This document shows positions 51,129 through 63,935 of a DNA stretch of 64,000 nucleotides, piece after piece (position 1 is the first letter of the stretch; each line of letters starts with the position of its first letter). The notes under the pieces were generated by a model that had not been told where the DNA came from, made no database searches, and saw only the letters and a list, made by a program, of their open reading frames with translations. A program made the translations under genes and the position numbers. Origin of the DNA: Octopus sinensis (taxonomy: Eukaryota); the NCBI RefSeq assembly GCF_006345805.1, contig NC_043006.1, positions 13,206,001 through 13,270,000 of the forward strand, read 5' to 3'.

Positions 51129-51644
51129 CTAGTAGGCCACATTTTAGTTTTACTTTACTATCCGAGAACATGTGCAATCTATGTTCACAGTGTTGTCTGC
51201 ACCATTTCGATCACATGACTTAGGTCGACTTGTAATATAGTAAAATACAATTGCTTAAAGTACCACACAGTGACATCGAACATGGAACGACGTTATTGCA
51301 AACTGAAAATATTAACTACACCGTTATGTCATATATTACTGGTACTTACCTGCCTAAACAGGCACGAAATTATTTTAGCTGTGGCCATGAAACTGCATTA
51401 TGGTCGCGGCTTGGCATATACGTTCAAGTATGCATATACGAACTAAGCGTAACAATGACCTTGTACTGAACATGGAGAGTGAAATGGTAAACTGTGACAT
51501 TCATGCCTTTCTAATAGCTGTTTAAGTTAAATGAAAACACCTATTTGAAATCAAAACGGAGCTGCCGGATCGAATTGTAAAAAGCATACTTTCTGCTCTA
51601 TTGCATGGGTCACTATATTTAGTTATTAGTTTCTTAATATATAT

Positions 51645-52030
51645 TTCCTTACTACCCACAAGGGGCTAAACACAGAGAGGACAAACAAGGACAGACAAGC
51701 GGATTAAGTGGATTATATCGACCCCAGTGCGTAACTGGTACTTAATTTATTCACCCCGAAAAGGTGAAAGGCAAAGTGGACCTCGGCGGAATTTGAACTC
51801 AGAACGTAGTGACAAGCGAGATACCTATTTCTTTACTACACACAAGGGGCTAAACACAGAGAGGACAAACGGATTAAGTCGATTACAGAGACCCCAGTGC
51901 GTAACTGGTACTTAATTTATTGACCCCGAAAGGGTGAAAGGCAAAGTCGACCTCGGCGGAATTTGAACTCGGAACGTAACGACAGACGAAATACGGCTAC
52001 GCATTTCGCCCGGCGTGCTAACGTTTCTGC
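51645..52030 (-). mobile_element. SINE family B dimer (full plus headless unit)
   Basis: Two central domains in tandem, junction at AATACCTATTTCTTTACT. Confidence 0.9.
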
Positions 52031-52124
52031 CAGCTCACCACCTTAATGCAATGTACCTATACCCTTGTTCTGTTCTGCCACACACGATGTTTGAACATTG
52101 GATAATTAAAGAAATATAACGCAG

Positions 52125-52335
52125 CAAGCTGGCAGAATCGTCAGAGCATCAGACAAAATACATAATGATATGTCTTTCGGCTCTTTACGCTCTGAGTTCG
52201 AATGTCGCCAAAGTCGACTTTGCCTTTCAGCGTTACGGAGTCGATGAAATAAAGTATTAGTCAAGTACAAGGGTCGATATAATAGAATAAACTCTTCCCT
52301 TAGAATTGCTGGTCCCGTGCCAAAAACTGGAAACA
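52125..52335 (+). mobile_element. Old degenerate SINE B-type copy; donor of the 68-bp insert at 54680-54747
   Basis: GCAAGCTGGCAGAATCG...CTGAGTTCGAATGTCGCC...TTTGCCTTTCA. Confidence 0.75.
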
Positions 52336-52779
52336 ATTAAGAAAGTATAACATAAATATCTTATACGCCTAGGTGGATTGTGATGGTCATGAGATTTGAC
52401 TATCTTGTTATATTATCTAAAAATATATCCAAATAAATCTTCACAGTAAGTACTTCAAAATTATTTTCTAAATGTAATTTAAATGTATCATGGAAACGAA
52501 TTATTAGTTGCTAAGGAGAAATCAATTTTATGGATTCTTAATTGTTGTCTTAGATTAAATAAGCTAATTTATATTATTGATTTTCACTTTTATTCTGTTT
52601 GTTTATATCAGTTTTTTAATAACTCAGAGAAGAATGAACATCGCCCGTAAGGTTTTTTTTTTTCCTTTTAGGGTCTCTGAAGCTGATGAGAGGACGAACC
52701 CAAAACTTATGGATTATCTAAAAATCTAGTCCGAATACTTGCAACATGAGGAGACATTGCTAAAGGTATATAAGAGCCA

Positions 52780-53012
52780 AGGCGGCGAGCTGGCAGAATG
52801 GTTAGCACGCCGGGCGAAATGCGTAGCCGTATTTCGTCTGCCGTTACATTCTGAGTTCAAATTCCGCCGAGGTCGACTTTGCCTTTCATTCTTTCGGGGT
52901 CGATAAATTAAGTACCAGTTACGCACTGGGGTCGATATAATCGACTTAATCTGTTTGTCTATCCTTGTTTGTCCTCTCCGTGTTTAGCCCCTTGTGGGTA
53001 GTAAAGAAATAG
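52780..53012 (+). mobile_element. SINE family B
   Basis: Full head to tail; imperfect TSD AGGTATA(T/A)AAGA(G/A)CCAA. Confidence 0.92.
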
Positions 53013-53914
53013 GTATAAAAGAACCAAAAGTTTTGGGGATTTAACTGTGTTCTATCAGGCATGACAGAGGAACAAGTAAACTATACCACATCCAATGGCT
53101 TCCGAACAGTTTCCATCTAGCCAATTTCACTTATCGATCTGGTTTGCATCACCTCTAAACTAAAGCAGAAAACACATGTCCAAAATGTCACACAGTAGAA
53201 TCTTATCCGAAAACACATGGTTATGAATTGAGCAATTTAACCACACGGCCATAAGAGTGGAAGACAATAAACTGAGATAAAATGATTAAATCTTTCCCAT
53301 TGCAGGGTATTGTATTATTTGTTACTGAATGCTGTAGTCACTTCGAAGATGGTGTGTGATCTTGTTTGCATTTCCTAAGCCGACAGCTTTCTCAAATCGA
53401 GTTTATTGATCGTGACAAAGCTTGAGAGTTTAATGTGTTTATGTACTACACACAATAGTTGAATATTAGCTAAGGTTTAGAAAAGCCTCAAGGTACGAAG
53501 AACAGCAGTTACATGTTATAGTTGTATTCTTCAGTTGAACATCGATGTAGAGAGGTCATGTGATTATTGAATTACTACCGGCACTCTATTTATTTTGATT
53601 GACTCTTGTGCTGCCGTTAATTGCGCTACCGACGAGGAACGACTTGTGTATGCTAGAGTAAATATTTCGTGCTGCAAACCTTCGATCAGCAAAAAGTAAA
53701 TTCAAATTATAATAATTAATCTGTATTATGATAATTAATCTCTATTATATTAAGGTATTTCCAATTAACGAGTTTCAGTGATATGCAGGTCGAAATTGTT
53801 TAATCTATTAACTCGTCTAATTCATCACGAAATTAAATATTAATCATTCTTTAAAGTGTTTATACATAAATGGAAATATTTGTTACACGATTTTAAAACT
53901 TAAAACTTGTGATT

Positions 53915-53937
<23 letters not shown>

Positions 53938-53945
<8 letters not shown>

Positions 53946-55520
53946 GTAAATATAATTAAAAGGGCAGACAACAGGTTGCTCTGCCGCATACCGAAAGAAT
54001 TAGAAATGGCAGTCAAAGACTGTTTATTTCCATTTTCTACAAGTGGAGGCTCCATATACGACATAACCCTGCGATTCACATACGCAAAATCGGAGTAGTA
54101 AATAAACGAAAACAATCTCTTACCGTTAATGGCGAACATGTTTCTAGATCGTAGGCGAGAAATTGCCTAATTTCTTTCGTCAGCACCATATTCGATAGAT
54201 TTGTCAAATGCCACCAGCCTCCACCTCTGACCAGGTGTCATCAGATAGTGAGGGGAAGTGTGCATAGGTTAAAACTAAGTAAACGACTAGGACCGTAAAT
54301 TTTCCCTCCAAAATTCTGCTATGCGCGCCACCGGGATGATCGCAATGGAGTAAGAAATCCAAATGGTAATATAATAAAAATGGTAAATAATTTTTCGTGG
54401 TTTTTTAGACAACCAACAATTATTTACCGGTAAATTTCGGTATGTAAATATGACTTTTAGCGTCAGGAACTTCTGTAGAGTTCAGTATATATAGTAAATA
54501 TAATTAAAAGGGCAGACAACAGGTTGCTCTGCCGCATACCGAAAGAATTAGAAATAGCAGTCAGACACTGTTTATTTCCATTTTCTACAAGTGGGGGCTC
54601 CATATACGACATAACCCTGCGATTCACATACGCAAAATCGGAGTAGCAAATAAACGAAAACAATCTCTTACCGTTATAGAGTATTAGTCAAGTACAAGGG
54701 TCGATATAATAGAATAAACTCTTCCCTTAGAATTGCTGGTCCCGTGCAAGTCCACTTGTAGAAAATGGAAATAAACAGTCTTTGACTGCCATTTCTAATT
54801 CTTTCGGTATGTGACAGAGCAACCTGTTGCCTGTCCTTTTAATTATATTTACTATATATACTGAACTCTACAGAAGTTCCTGACGCTAAAAGTCATATTT
54901 ACATACCGAAATTTACCAGTAAATAATTGTTGGTTGTCTAAAAAACCACGAAAAATTATTTACCATTTTTATTATATTACCATTTGGATTTCTTACTCCA
55001 TTGCGATCATCCCGGTGGCGCGCATAGCAGAATTTTGGAGGGAAAATTTACGGTCCCAGTCGTTTACTGAGTTTTAACCTATGCACACTTCCCCCCAGTA
55101 TCTGATGACGCCAGGTCAGAGGTGGAGGCTGGTGGCATTTAATAAATCTATCGAATATGGTGCTGACGAAAGAAATTAGGCAATTTCTCGCCTACGATCT
55201 AGAAACATGTTCGCCATTGACGGTAAGAGATTGTTTTCGTTTATTTGCTACTCCGATTTTGCGTATGTGAATCGCAGGGTTATGTCGTATATGGAGCCTC
55301 CACTTGTAGAAAATGGAAATAAACAGTCTTTGACTGCCATTTCTAATTCTTTAGGTATGCGGCAGAGCAACCTGTTGCCTGCCCTTTTAATTATATTTAC
55401 TATATATACTGAACTCTACAGAAGTTCCTGACGCTAAAAGTCATACTTACATACCGAAATTTACCGGTAAATAATTGTTGGTTGTCTAAAAAACCACGGA
55501 AAAATTATTTACCATTTTTA
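53938..55520. mobile_element. 548-nt hammerhead-bearing tandem repeat (retrozyme-like): ~1.35 units on minus (53938-54676) and ~1.4 units on plus (54751-55520)
   Basis: Period 548 measured in both arrays (54041/54589; 54751/55299); no coding signal; one complete hammerhead per array. Confidence 0.8.
55157..55217 (+). ncRNA. Candidate type I hammerhead ribozyme (mirror copy 54129-54189, minus strand)
   Basis: AUGGUG-CUGACGA-[A AGA aau UAGGC aauuucuc GCCUA cga UCU A]-GAAA-CAUG-UU-CGCCAU: 6-bp stem I, full core, palindromic ACAUGU stem III; stem II closed by an A.A mismatch. Confidence 0.68.
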
Positions 55521-55524
55521 TTAT

Positions 55525-55872
55525 AGTGAAGGCGCATGGCTCAGTGGTTAGAGCGTCGAGCTTACGATCGTGAGGTTGTGAGCTCGAATCCCGGACCGGG
55601 CTGCGTGTTGTGTTCTTGAGCAAGGCACTTTATTTCACGTTGCTCCAGTTCACTCAGCTGTAGAAATGAGTTGCGACGTCGCTGGTGCCAAGCTGTATCG
55701 ACCTTTGTCTTTCCCTTGGATAACACTGGTGGCGTGGAGAGGGGAGGCTGGTATGCATGGGCGACTGCTGGTCTTCCATAAACAACCTTGCCCGGACTTG
55801 TGTCTAGGAGGGTAACTTTCTAGGTGTAATCCCATGGTCATTCATGACCGAAGGGGGTCTTTACCCCTTTAC
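55525..55872 (+). mobile_element. tRNA-derived SINE family D
   Basis: A box TGGCTCAGTGG, B box GAGCTCGAATCCC, core GTGTTCTTGAGCAAGGCACTTT...CTCCAGTTCACTCAGCTG, tail (TTTACCC)n. Confidence 0.92.
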
Positions 55873-55873
55873 C

Positions 55874-55926
<53 letters not shown>

Positions 55927-55929
55927 GGG

Positions 55930-56490
55930 GGAGCACTCCGTCGGTTACGACAACAAGGGTCCCAACTGATACGATCAACGGAACAGCCTGCTCGTGAAAT
56001 TAACGTGCAAGTGGCTGAGCACTCCACAGACACGTGTACTCTTAACATAATTCTCAGAGAGATTCAGCGTGACTTAGCCCTTTGTAATACAAATACTACT
56101 CCTTTTTGCCAGCTGAGTGGACTGGAGCAGCGTGAAATAAAGTGTCTTGCTCAAGGACACAACGCGTCGCCAGGAATTGAACTCACGACACCTTACGATC
56201 GTAAACCGAATACCCTAACCACTAAGCCACGCACTTTCACATACATATATATATATTTCTTTACTACCCACAAGGGGCAAAACACAGAGGGGACAAACAA
56301 GGAAAGACAAACGGATTAAGTTGATGAAATCGACCCCAGAGCGTAATTGGTACTTAATTTATCGACCCCGAAAGGATGAAAGGCAAAGTCGACCTCGGCG
56401 GAATTTGAACTCAGAACGTAGCGGCAGACGAAATACGGCTACGCATTTCGCCCGGCGTTCTAACGTTTCTGCCAGCTCGCCGCCTTATAC
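55930..56490 (-). mobile_element. SINE cluster: family A tail-1 fragment, D-like head fragment, full family B copy
   Basis: Homology to the full copies elsewhere in the window. Confidence 0.85.
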
Positions 56491-57117
56491 ATATATTGAT
56501 ATAGTCATAATATTTAATGTGAAATACGTGCTTCGTAAATCCTAACTATTGCATCGATATTTGGCAGAAAATAAGTGTGTTTTGGCCATAACTTATTGCA
56601 CTCTTCCGTTAGTGTCGGTTTCCCGGTTTCACAGCGTATATATTCACCTGCTCCGTCAAAGGATTACTCAGTTTTGCCAGCTGAGTGGACTGGAGCCACG
56701 TGAGCGGACTAGAGCAACGTTCTGCTCAAGAACGTAACGCGTCGCCCGGTCCAAGAATCGAAACCACAATCTTATGATCATGAGCCCAACACCTTAACCA
56801 CGAGGCCATGCGCCTCCACTAAGGTAATTTTACTTTACTATTCCAGGTTCAGTTCACAAATCATTCAGCATCCTTAATGCTTAAAATCATTTCATGTGTT
56901 TAGCAACCACCTAGATGGTCACATAGATCTTAAGGGGGGGGGGTCAATATTCACCACTTTGTCGACCCCTAACCTAAAGGGAGAAGTTGTTCACCAAAGT
57001 CTAAATCTAATAACGATTAGAATATTCTTGTTGAAGTCATTTGGAACCTGTTAAGAATAAATATACAAATCATTGTTTTGATTCACGCTTTTTTGCATAC
57101 TAATGATAAGTGAATAT

Positions 57118-57441
57118 TTATTTATTTATGCACCCTTTCCAAGCCTAGCCAGACTCATGGGCCCGGTTTCCCGGTTTCTATGGCGTATGTGTACCCCCCC
57201 CCCCCAGTTGGACGGGACGCCAGTCCATCGCTGCGTTACTCAAGAAACAGGAAGAAAGAGTGAGAGAAAGTTGTGGCGAAAGAGTACAAGAGGTGTCGCC
57301 ACCACCCCCTGCCGGAGCCTCGTGGAGCTCTTAGGTGTTTTCGCTCAATAAACACACACACAACGCCCAGTCTGGAAATCGAAACCGCAATCCTCCGACC
57401 GCGAGTCCGCTGCCCTAACCACTGGGTCATTGCGCCTCCAC
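57118..57441 (-). mobile_element. SINE family A, tail type 3
   Basis: 16-bp TSD AATGATAAGTGAATAT at 57102-57117 and 57442-57457; (TAAA)n tail. Confidence 0.93.
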
Positions 57442-57649
57442 AATGATAAGTGAATATATTTAATAAAATTATATCATAATTACATTTATAATATATATTT
57501 ATATATTTAGTCAATATTCTACTGTATAAGTTTATGAAAATGGAAGAGTTGGTACCCATGACTTTCTCTAGATGGTTGTTTAGTTGAATACAACTTTTAT
57601 ACCTCTAACGAAAAAAATGATTTTTACTGTTGTAGACAGAGCACCTGAA

Positions 57650-58020
57650 ATTTTGTGGGAGTGGACGAGGCGATTACATCGATCCCAGTTCTCAACTAGT
57701 ACTTATTTCATCGACCCCGATAGGATGAAAGGCAAAGTGACCTCGGTGGAATTTGCACTCAGAACACAAACCTGGAAGATATGCCTCTAAGCAGTTTGCC
57801 CGGCGCGGTAACGATTCTGCCAGCTCGCTGCCTTTTGAACTAAATATTAACATGAATGGATGAAAGGCAAAGTCATTTCCGCCGAGGTCGACTTTGCCTT
57901 TCATCCTTTCGGGGTCGATAAATAAAGTACCAGTTTCGCACTGGGGTGGATGTAATCGACTTAATCTCTTTGTCTATCCTTGTTTGTCCCCTCTATGTTT
58001 ATCCCCTTGTGGGCAATAAA
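57650..58020. mobile_element. Opposed SINE B copies (old minus copy, headless plus copy)
   Basis: Central domain present in both orientations. Confidence 0.8.
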
Positions 58021-59273
58021 AAAATATATAATATAAAAAATATTTTTAGTTAATGCTATCCACCTTTCAAATTTATTTTCCTATCTCTTATCCAAACCCT
58101 TCTTTCTTATTTGGTTGATAAAAGAACGGAAGAATAACTTAATAGTGAAGCAGATCTCCAGATAGCGGCTTTACACGTCTGGAAAACATTCCATAAATAC
58201 TCAAAGATAGCTTTTTTTACTATTTACAGTGACGAATTTTCTGTGAGTCAAACAACATACCAAAGTCGAAACTCTGGTTCTATGCCACAGATCAATTATC
58301 ATTTTGGAAGTGTTTCATAACATTTAACGAATTATCTAGTCTATTTAACAATTGAACTTTACAGCAGAAAACAGGTTTACTATTCTATGACAGTGTTATA
58401 TTGTTTATTAATAATTTAAGATTATTAAAACATCATTATTGATTACGTAAATGTACTTTAGTCCGAAGGTCGGTTGAAAATGGTTGTTTTGCAGTTAGCG
58501 AGGTTACAAATTGATTCGAGTAAAGATCTTTAAGAAAGAAGATTAAAGCTCCAACTAAAATAAATATCTTTAAATATTATTATAGAAAATCAGATTTCTA
58601 AATACTTTACAACAAAACATTTACAATGATCTAAAGTGTAATGTTTGGATATAAAATTCAAAAGCTACTGCTGTGTGCTCTCGTATTTTATATTTAGTGT
58701 AATTTGACATTAAAAGAAATGCCATTTCGAAAATGTCAAAAAAGATTTTTGACATTAAGTAGAATCATAAAAAATTAAAATGGTTAAAAAAAGCCTTTGA
58801 AGATTAATTTATGTAGGGATGATTTTATTATTATTTTATTTTGCTAAAGCTTCACGTTAGGATTTCTACAATTGTTCCAATATAAACTTCGACAAAAACT
58901 ACGTAAATGAAGAATAATATTAACACACATTATTATAAATTTATTCCAGAACGTTCGATAAGCTGAGCATTAAAACGTTTGATAATGCTATTTTCAGAGC
59001 CAATTGGTATCGGTATTATTTACAAACATTTTCACCTAATTCCATCTACGACAAATAAACTCGATGGAAAGTTTCTAAGATTAAGTTTCCTTTTCCATAG
59101 CACTGAGCCTTTTTTTTTTTTAATATGTTTCATACTTAAAACTCTAACATGACGTTAAGAAGTCTTAAACTTACAGTACTTAACAAAATTTCGACTACCG
59201 CTTTTACTACTAAACATAGCTATGTTACCATCGTTCCAGTAAAAGCAGAAAGAAGTGTGGTAGATGAGCTGAT

Positions 59274-59658
59274 GTGGAGGCGCAATGGCCCAGTGGTTAG
59301 GGCAGCGGACTCGCGGTCGTAGGATCGCGGTTTCGATTCCCAGACCGGGCGTTGTGAGTGTTTATTGAGCGAAAACACCTAAAAGCTCCACGAGGCTCCG
59401 GCAGGGGATGGTGGTGATCCCTGCTGTACTCTTTCACCACAACTTTCTCTCACTCTTACTTCCTGTTTCTGTTGTACCTTTATTTCAAGGGGCCGGCCTT
59501 GTCACTCTCTGTGTCACGCTGAATATCCCCTAGAACTACGTTAAGGGTGCACGTGTCTGTGGAGTGCTCAGCCACTTACACGTTAATTTCACGAGCAGGC
59601 TCTTCCGTTGATTCGGATCAACCGGAACCCTCGTCGTCGTAACCGATGGAGTGCTTCC
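59274..59658 (+). mobile_element. SINE family A, tail type 1, full length (385 bp)
   Basis: 12-bp TSD AGATGAGCTGAT at 59262-59273 and 59659-59670. Confidence 0.95.
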
Positions 59659-60006
59659 AGATGAGCTGATAGCATACTTAGCTTCTTGTTACCTTGTATG
59701 TAGCTGTATTTGTAACCCAAAACAAACATTTTTAACAGCATAACTAGTTGCAACAGGTACCACTTGGGAATAAGAATTAAGACTATTAGTTCCTTCAGCA
59801 CTATCAAACTGACAAATTGACAACTGTTCATTTAACTTCTTTGGGGACGTTTTATCGTAGAAATGGAATCTACAAAGCTTGGTTTATCTTTTAGTACATT
59901 GCAAGAAGAAAATATTATTTTCTTTCGTATATTTACGATCCAATGAATTGCAGAACTCAAAAACCTCACGGTTGTCTTATAGATTTGTCTGAAGTATATC
60001 TTAAAT

Positions 60007-60265
60007 GTGGAGGCTCAATGGCCCAGTGGTTAGGGCAGCGGACTCGCGGTCGGAGGATCGCGGTTTCGAAAACACTTAAAAGCTCCACGAGGCTCCGGCA
60101 GGGGGTGGTGATCCCTGCTGTACTCTTTCTCCCACTCTTTCTTCTGTTGGCCTGCTCGCTTAGCCAGCGGGGTGGCGTCATTCAAAAGGCTAAAACAATG
60201 CGAACGCATTGTGACCAGCGATGTGTAACAACATCTGATGGTCTGGGCGGTCACGTGATCACGTG
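60007..60265 (+). mobile_element. SINE family A, tail type 2, internal deletions
   Basis: 11-bp TSD ATATCTTAAAT on both sides. Confidence 0.9.
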
Positions 60266-60641
60266 ATATCTTAAATAGGAAATTACTGGTATTGCTTAAA
60301 TTTATATATTGATTGATTTACTTTTAAGAAATTTCAATTCTGTCAAAGGATAAGATAAGTACGTATTTTACGCATAATATGGAAACCGGAAACTCTAACA
60401 CTGCGGTAGAAATAGTTATTATAGCTATCGCGACACAATGATTTCACTTTCATTTACATCATTCAAGAAAAATAGATGAACTTCTGTCCTTCAGACGTAA
60501 GATAGATCAATTTTACAGGAAATTCTGATTTATTTTCATTCGATTTTGAAAGAAGCCAAATAGTAATTGGAATACGACATGAAGTATTGTTAGATGTGTT
60601 ATACACACACACACACACACACCACACACACACACATGAAC

Positions 60642-60695
<54 letters not shown>

Positions 60696-60715
60696 TATAT
60701 ATGTATATATATATG

Positions 60716-60746
<31 letters not shown>

Positions 60747-60811
60747 GTATATATATATGTATATATATATGTACATGAACATATGCATATAGATATATGT
60801 GTGTGTGTGCG

Positions 60812-60844
<33 letters not shown>

Positions 60845-60852
60845 TAATAATA

Positions 60853-60968
60853 ATAATATTAGGGAATAAATCCAAAATTACAGGGAAAAATTATATTTAG
60901 GATTAAATCCAATTTTATAGTATAAATATTATATTAGAGATATTATATTAGAGATAAAACCACTATTA
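60853..60968 (-). mobile_element. 3' fragment of the hammerhead fold-back family seen at 27249-27640
   Basis: Reverse complement matches ~27537-27640; same 3' end next to (TA)n. Confidence 0.8.
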
Positions 60969-60971
60969 TAT

Positions 60972-62875
60972 ATACGAGGTGGTAATAAAAAAGATAGCTT
61001 ATTCACCTAATTTTTAACATCATTTCCTTCGAAATAATCACCTTGCGTAGCAATGCATCAATTCCAGCGTTCCTGCCACTCTTGCAATCCGGCCTGGCAG
61101 TAGTCGTTTTCCGTAATTAAATCGAGGATCTTCTGTGATTCGCTCTGGATTTCGGTAACGGTATTAAAACGCAACCTTTGATCTGCCTTTTCATATTGGG
61201 GGAAGAGATGGTAGTCCGCAGGAGCTAAATATGGATAATAGGGTGGGTGGGTGCGGAATCGATATCATTTTTTGGGGCGAGAATCTCATGAGTACTAAGA
61301 TTTCGGTGACAGGGTAAACTGTTGTCGAGAAGACTCCAATTCTTCGCACTGCACAGATCCGGTCACTTTCGCCGAATGCCCTTCCTCAAACGCTTCAAAA
61401 CCTCGTAGTAACATTCTCGGTTGACGGTCTAGCTTTAGTGGTATTTCATCTGTCTTTATGTTCTGAGTTCAAATTCTGCCGAGGTCGACTTTGCCTTTCA
61501 TCCTTTCGGGGTCGATAAATTAAATACCTATTTCTATACTACCCACAAGGGGCTAAACACAGAGGGGACAAACAAGGACAGACAAACGGATTAAGTCAAT
61601 TACATCGACCCCAATGCGTAACTGGTACTTAATTTATCGACCCCGAAAGAATGAAAGGCAAAGTGGACCTCGGCGGAATTTGAACTCAGAACGTAGCGGC
61701 AGACGAAATACGGCTACGCATTTTGCCCGGTGTGCTAACGTTTCTGTTAGCTCGCCGCCTAAATTAAGTACCAGTTGGGTACTGGAGTCGATCTAATCGA
61801 CTGGGCCTCCTCCCCAAAAATGTTTGGGGTCTTGTGCCTAGAGTAAAAAGGATTATCTGCGGCTCTCTCGTGCTTATTTCGTGGCGATGAAGGGATCTTC
61901 CAATGTGACGACTGCTGCTTGGCCTCGGGGTTTTACCGATGGACCCACCTCTCACCACCGGTGATGATCCTTGACATGAAGGATGGGTCATGAGTGGCAC
62001 GCTGGCGGAGATTTTGACAGATTTCGACACGATCTTCTTTCTGCTCAGTGGTCAGCTGGCGGGAAACAAACTTGGCAGAAACACGCCGCATCTTCAATTC
62101 AAAGGTTAATATTGCCTACACGAAGGCGGCGAGCTGGCTGAAACGTTAGCACGCCGGGCGAAATGCGTAGCCGTATTTCGTCTGCCGTTACGTTCTGAGT
62201 TCAAACTCCGCCGAGGTCGACTTTGCCTTTCATCCTTTCGGGGTCGATAAATTAAGTACCAGTTATGCACTGGGGTCGATAATCGACTTAATCCATTTGT
62301 CTGTCCTTGTTTGTCCCCCCTGTGTTTAGCCCCTTGTGGGTAGTAAAGAAATAGGTTAAGATTGCTTACACGGACCCATACGACAGACCAACAACATCAG
62401 CAATGTCGTTGATCCTCCGACGATCCTCATGCACAAGCTGATGAATGAATTTTCACCCACATTCCCGGGGATGATGCTCATAGTAAGTTTTGCAGGTTGC
62501 TCATTGTCTTCAAGGGTCGTTCTTCCGATTTTCAAACCTCCGTGCCCTCGAAACATTGTGTACGTCCCATTGCCTCGTCGCTGTAAGCTTGCCGAAGAAT
62601 GCTCAATGCCTCTGTAACAAATTTCCCAGGCTTAATGCAAAATTTCACGTTGGCTCTTTGACACAACTTCCTGTCCATGACAAAGTCGTAGACCACAATC
62701 TACACGTGAACACAAAAGCACAAAAATTTCACAACTTGCGAAGTAAAAACACGGATGTCACTCGGCACACTGATCATGAAATTCACTACTAGCTCTCACT
62801 GCACACGCAGCCATGTGCTGCCATCTGGTGACGCGCTACAGATATAATCCGTGAACTTTTTTGATACCATGTGTG
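60972..62875 (-). mobile_element. Near-full-length decayed mariner interrupted by SINE insertions
   Basis: EDRRRINDIADVVGLSYGS / AILTFELKMRRVSAKFVSRQLT / RIITGGERWV / TVNRECYYEVLKRLRKGIRRK / LAPADYHLF, collinear after removing SINEs at ~61441-61855 and 62123-62353. Confidence 0.88.
62123..62353 (+). mobile_element. SINE family B inside mariner
   Basis: 19-bp TSD GGTTAA(T/G)ATTGC(C/T)TACACG at 62104-62122 and 62354-62372. Confidence 0.93.
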
Positions 62876-62938
<63 letters not shown>

Positions 62939-62985
62939 TAAGTGTAAGAATATATATATACACCTATATATATGTGCCTATATAA

Positions 62986-63368
62986 GGAAGCACTCCATCG
63001 GTTACGACGACGAGGGTTCCGGTTGATCCGATCAACGGAACAGCCTGCTCGTGAAATTAACGTGCAAGTGGCTGAGCACTCCACAGACACGTGAACCCTT
63101 AATGTAGTTCTCGGGGATATTCAGCGTGACACAGAGAGTGACAAGGCCGGCCCCTTGAAATACAGGTACAACAGAAACAGGAAGTAAGAGTGAGAGAAAG
63201 TTGTGGTGAAAGAGTACAGCAGGGATCACCACCATCCCCTGCCGGAGCCTCGTGGAGCTTTAGGTGTTTTCGCTCAATAAACACTCACAACGCCCGGTCT
63301 GGGAATCGAAACCGCGATCCTACGACCGCGAGTCCGCTGCCCTAACCACTGGGCCATTGCGCCTCCAC
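62986..63368 (-). mobile_element. SINE family A, tail type 1
   Basis: 10-bp TSD GCCTATATAA at 62976-62985 and 63369-63378. Confidence 0.95.
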
Positions 63369-63479
63369 GCCTATATAAACACACACATACACACACAAAC
63401 ACAAACACACACCTTTTAATAGAGAATAACATTCTTAACGCACTCTGTGACTTTGAAATATTTAAATTTATTTTTGGAT

Positions 63480-63627
63480 ACATACACACACATATATGCA
63501 TATATGAATGTGTCTTTGGGTGTGTATGTATGTGCGTGTCCGTACGCGCGTGTGTGTGTCCATATATATGCATATATATCTAGAGACAGACAGACAGATA
63601 AATAGAAAGACAGATCTACATACATTC

Positions 63628-63665
<38 letters not shown>

Positions 63666-63700
63666 ATGTGTGCGTGTGTGTATACACATGTATATATGTA

Positions 63701-63741
<41 letters not shown>

Positions 63742-63877
63742 ATATATATATAGTGATATATACATAGATATATACTTACATACATACTTAAACATATGTA
63801 TAAATATATATATACATCATATATATATACTTATATATATAAATATATATATAACAGGATATATATATATACATATA

Positions 63878-63915
<38 letters not shown>

Positions 63916-63935
63916 TGTGTGTGTGTGTGTGTGTG
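63480..63935. repeat. (TA)n/(GT)n compound microsatellite
   Basis: Direct reading. Confidence 0.95.

Noticed and set aside
52683-52705. CTGATGAG...GACGAA motif
   Set aside because: No stem II pairing and no NUH/stem I.
55102-55130. Second CUGAUGA with a short hairpin in the 548-nt unit
   Set aside because: Followed by GAGG rather than GAAA, with no stem III or stem I; not a hammerhead as written.
59274-59350. tRNA-like sequences at SINE heads (also 15933, 50762, 55525 and others)
   Set aside because: A and B boxes are present but each continues into a SINE body with TSDs; not tRNA genes.
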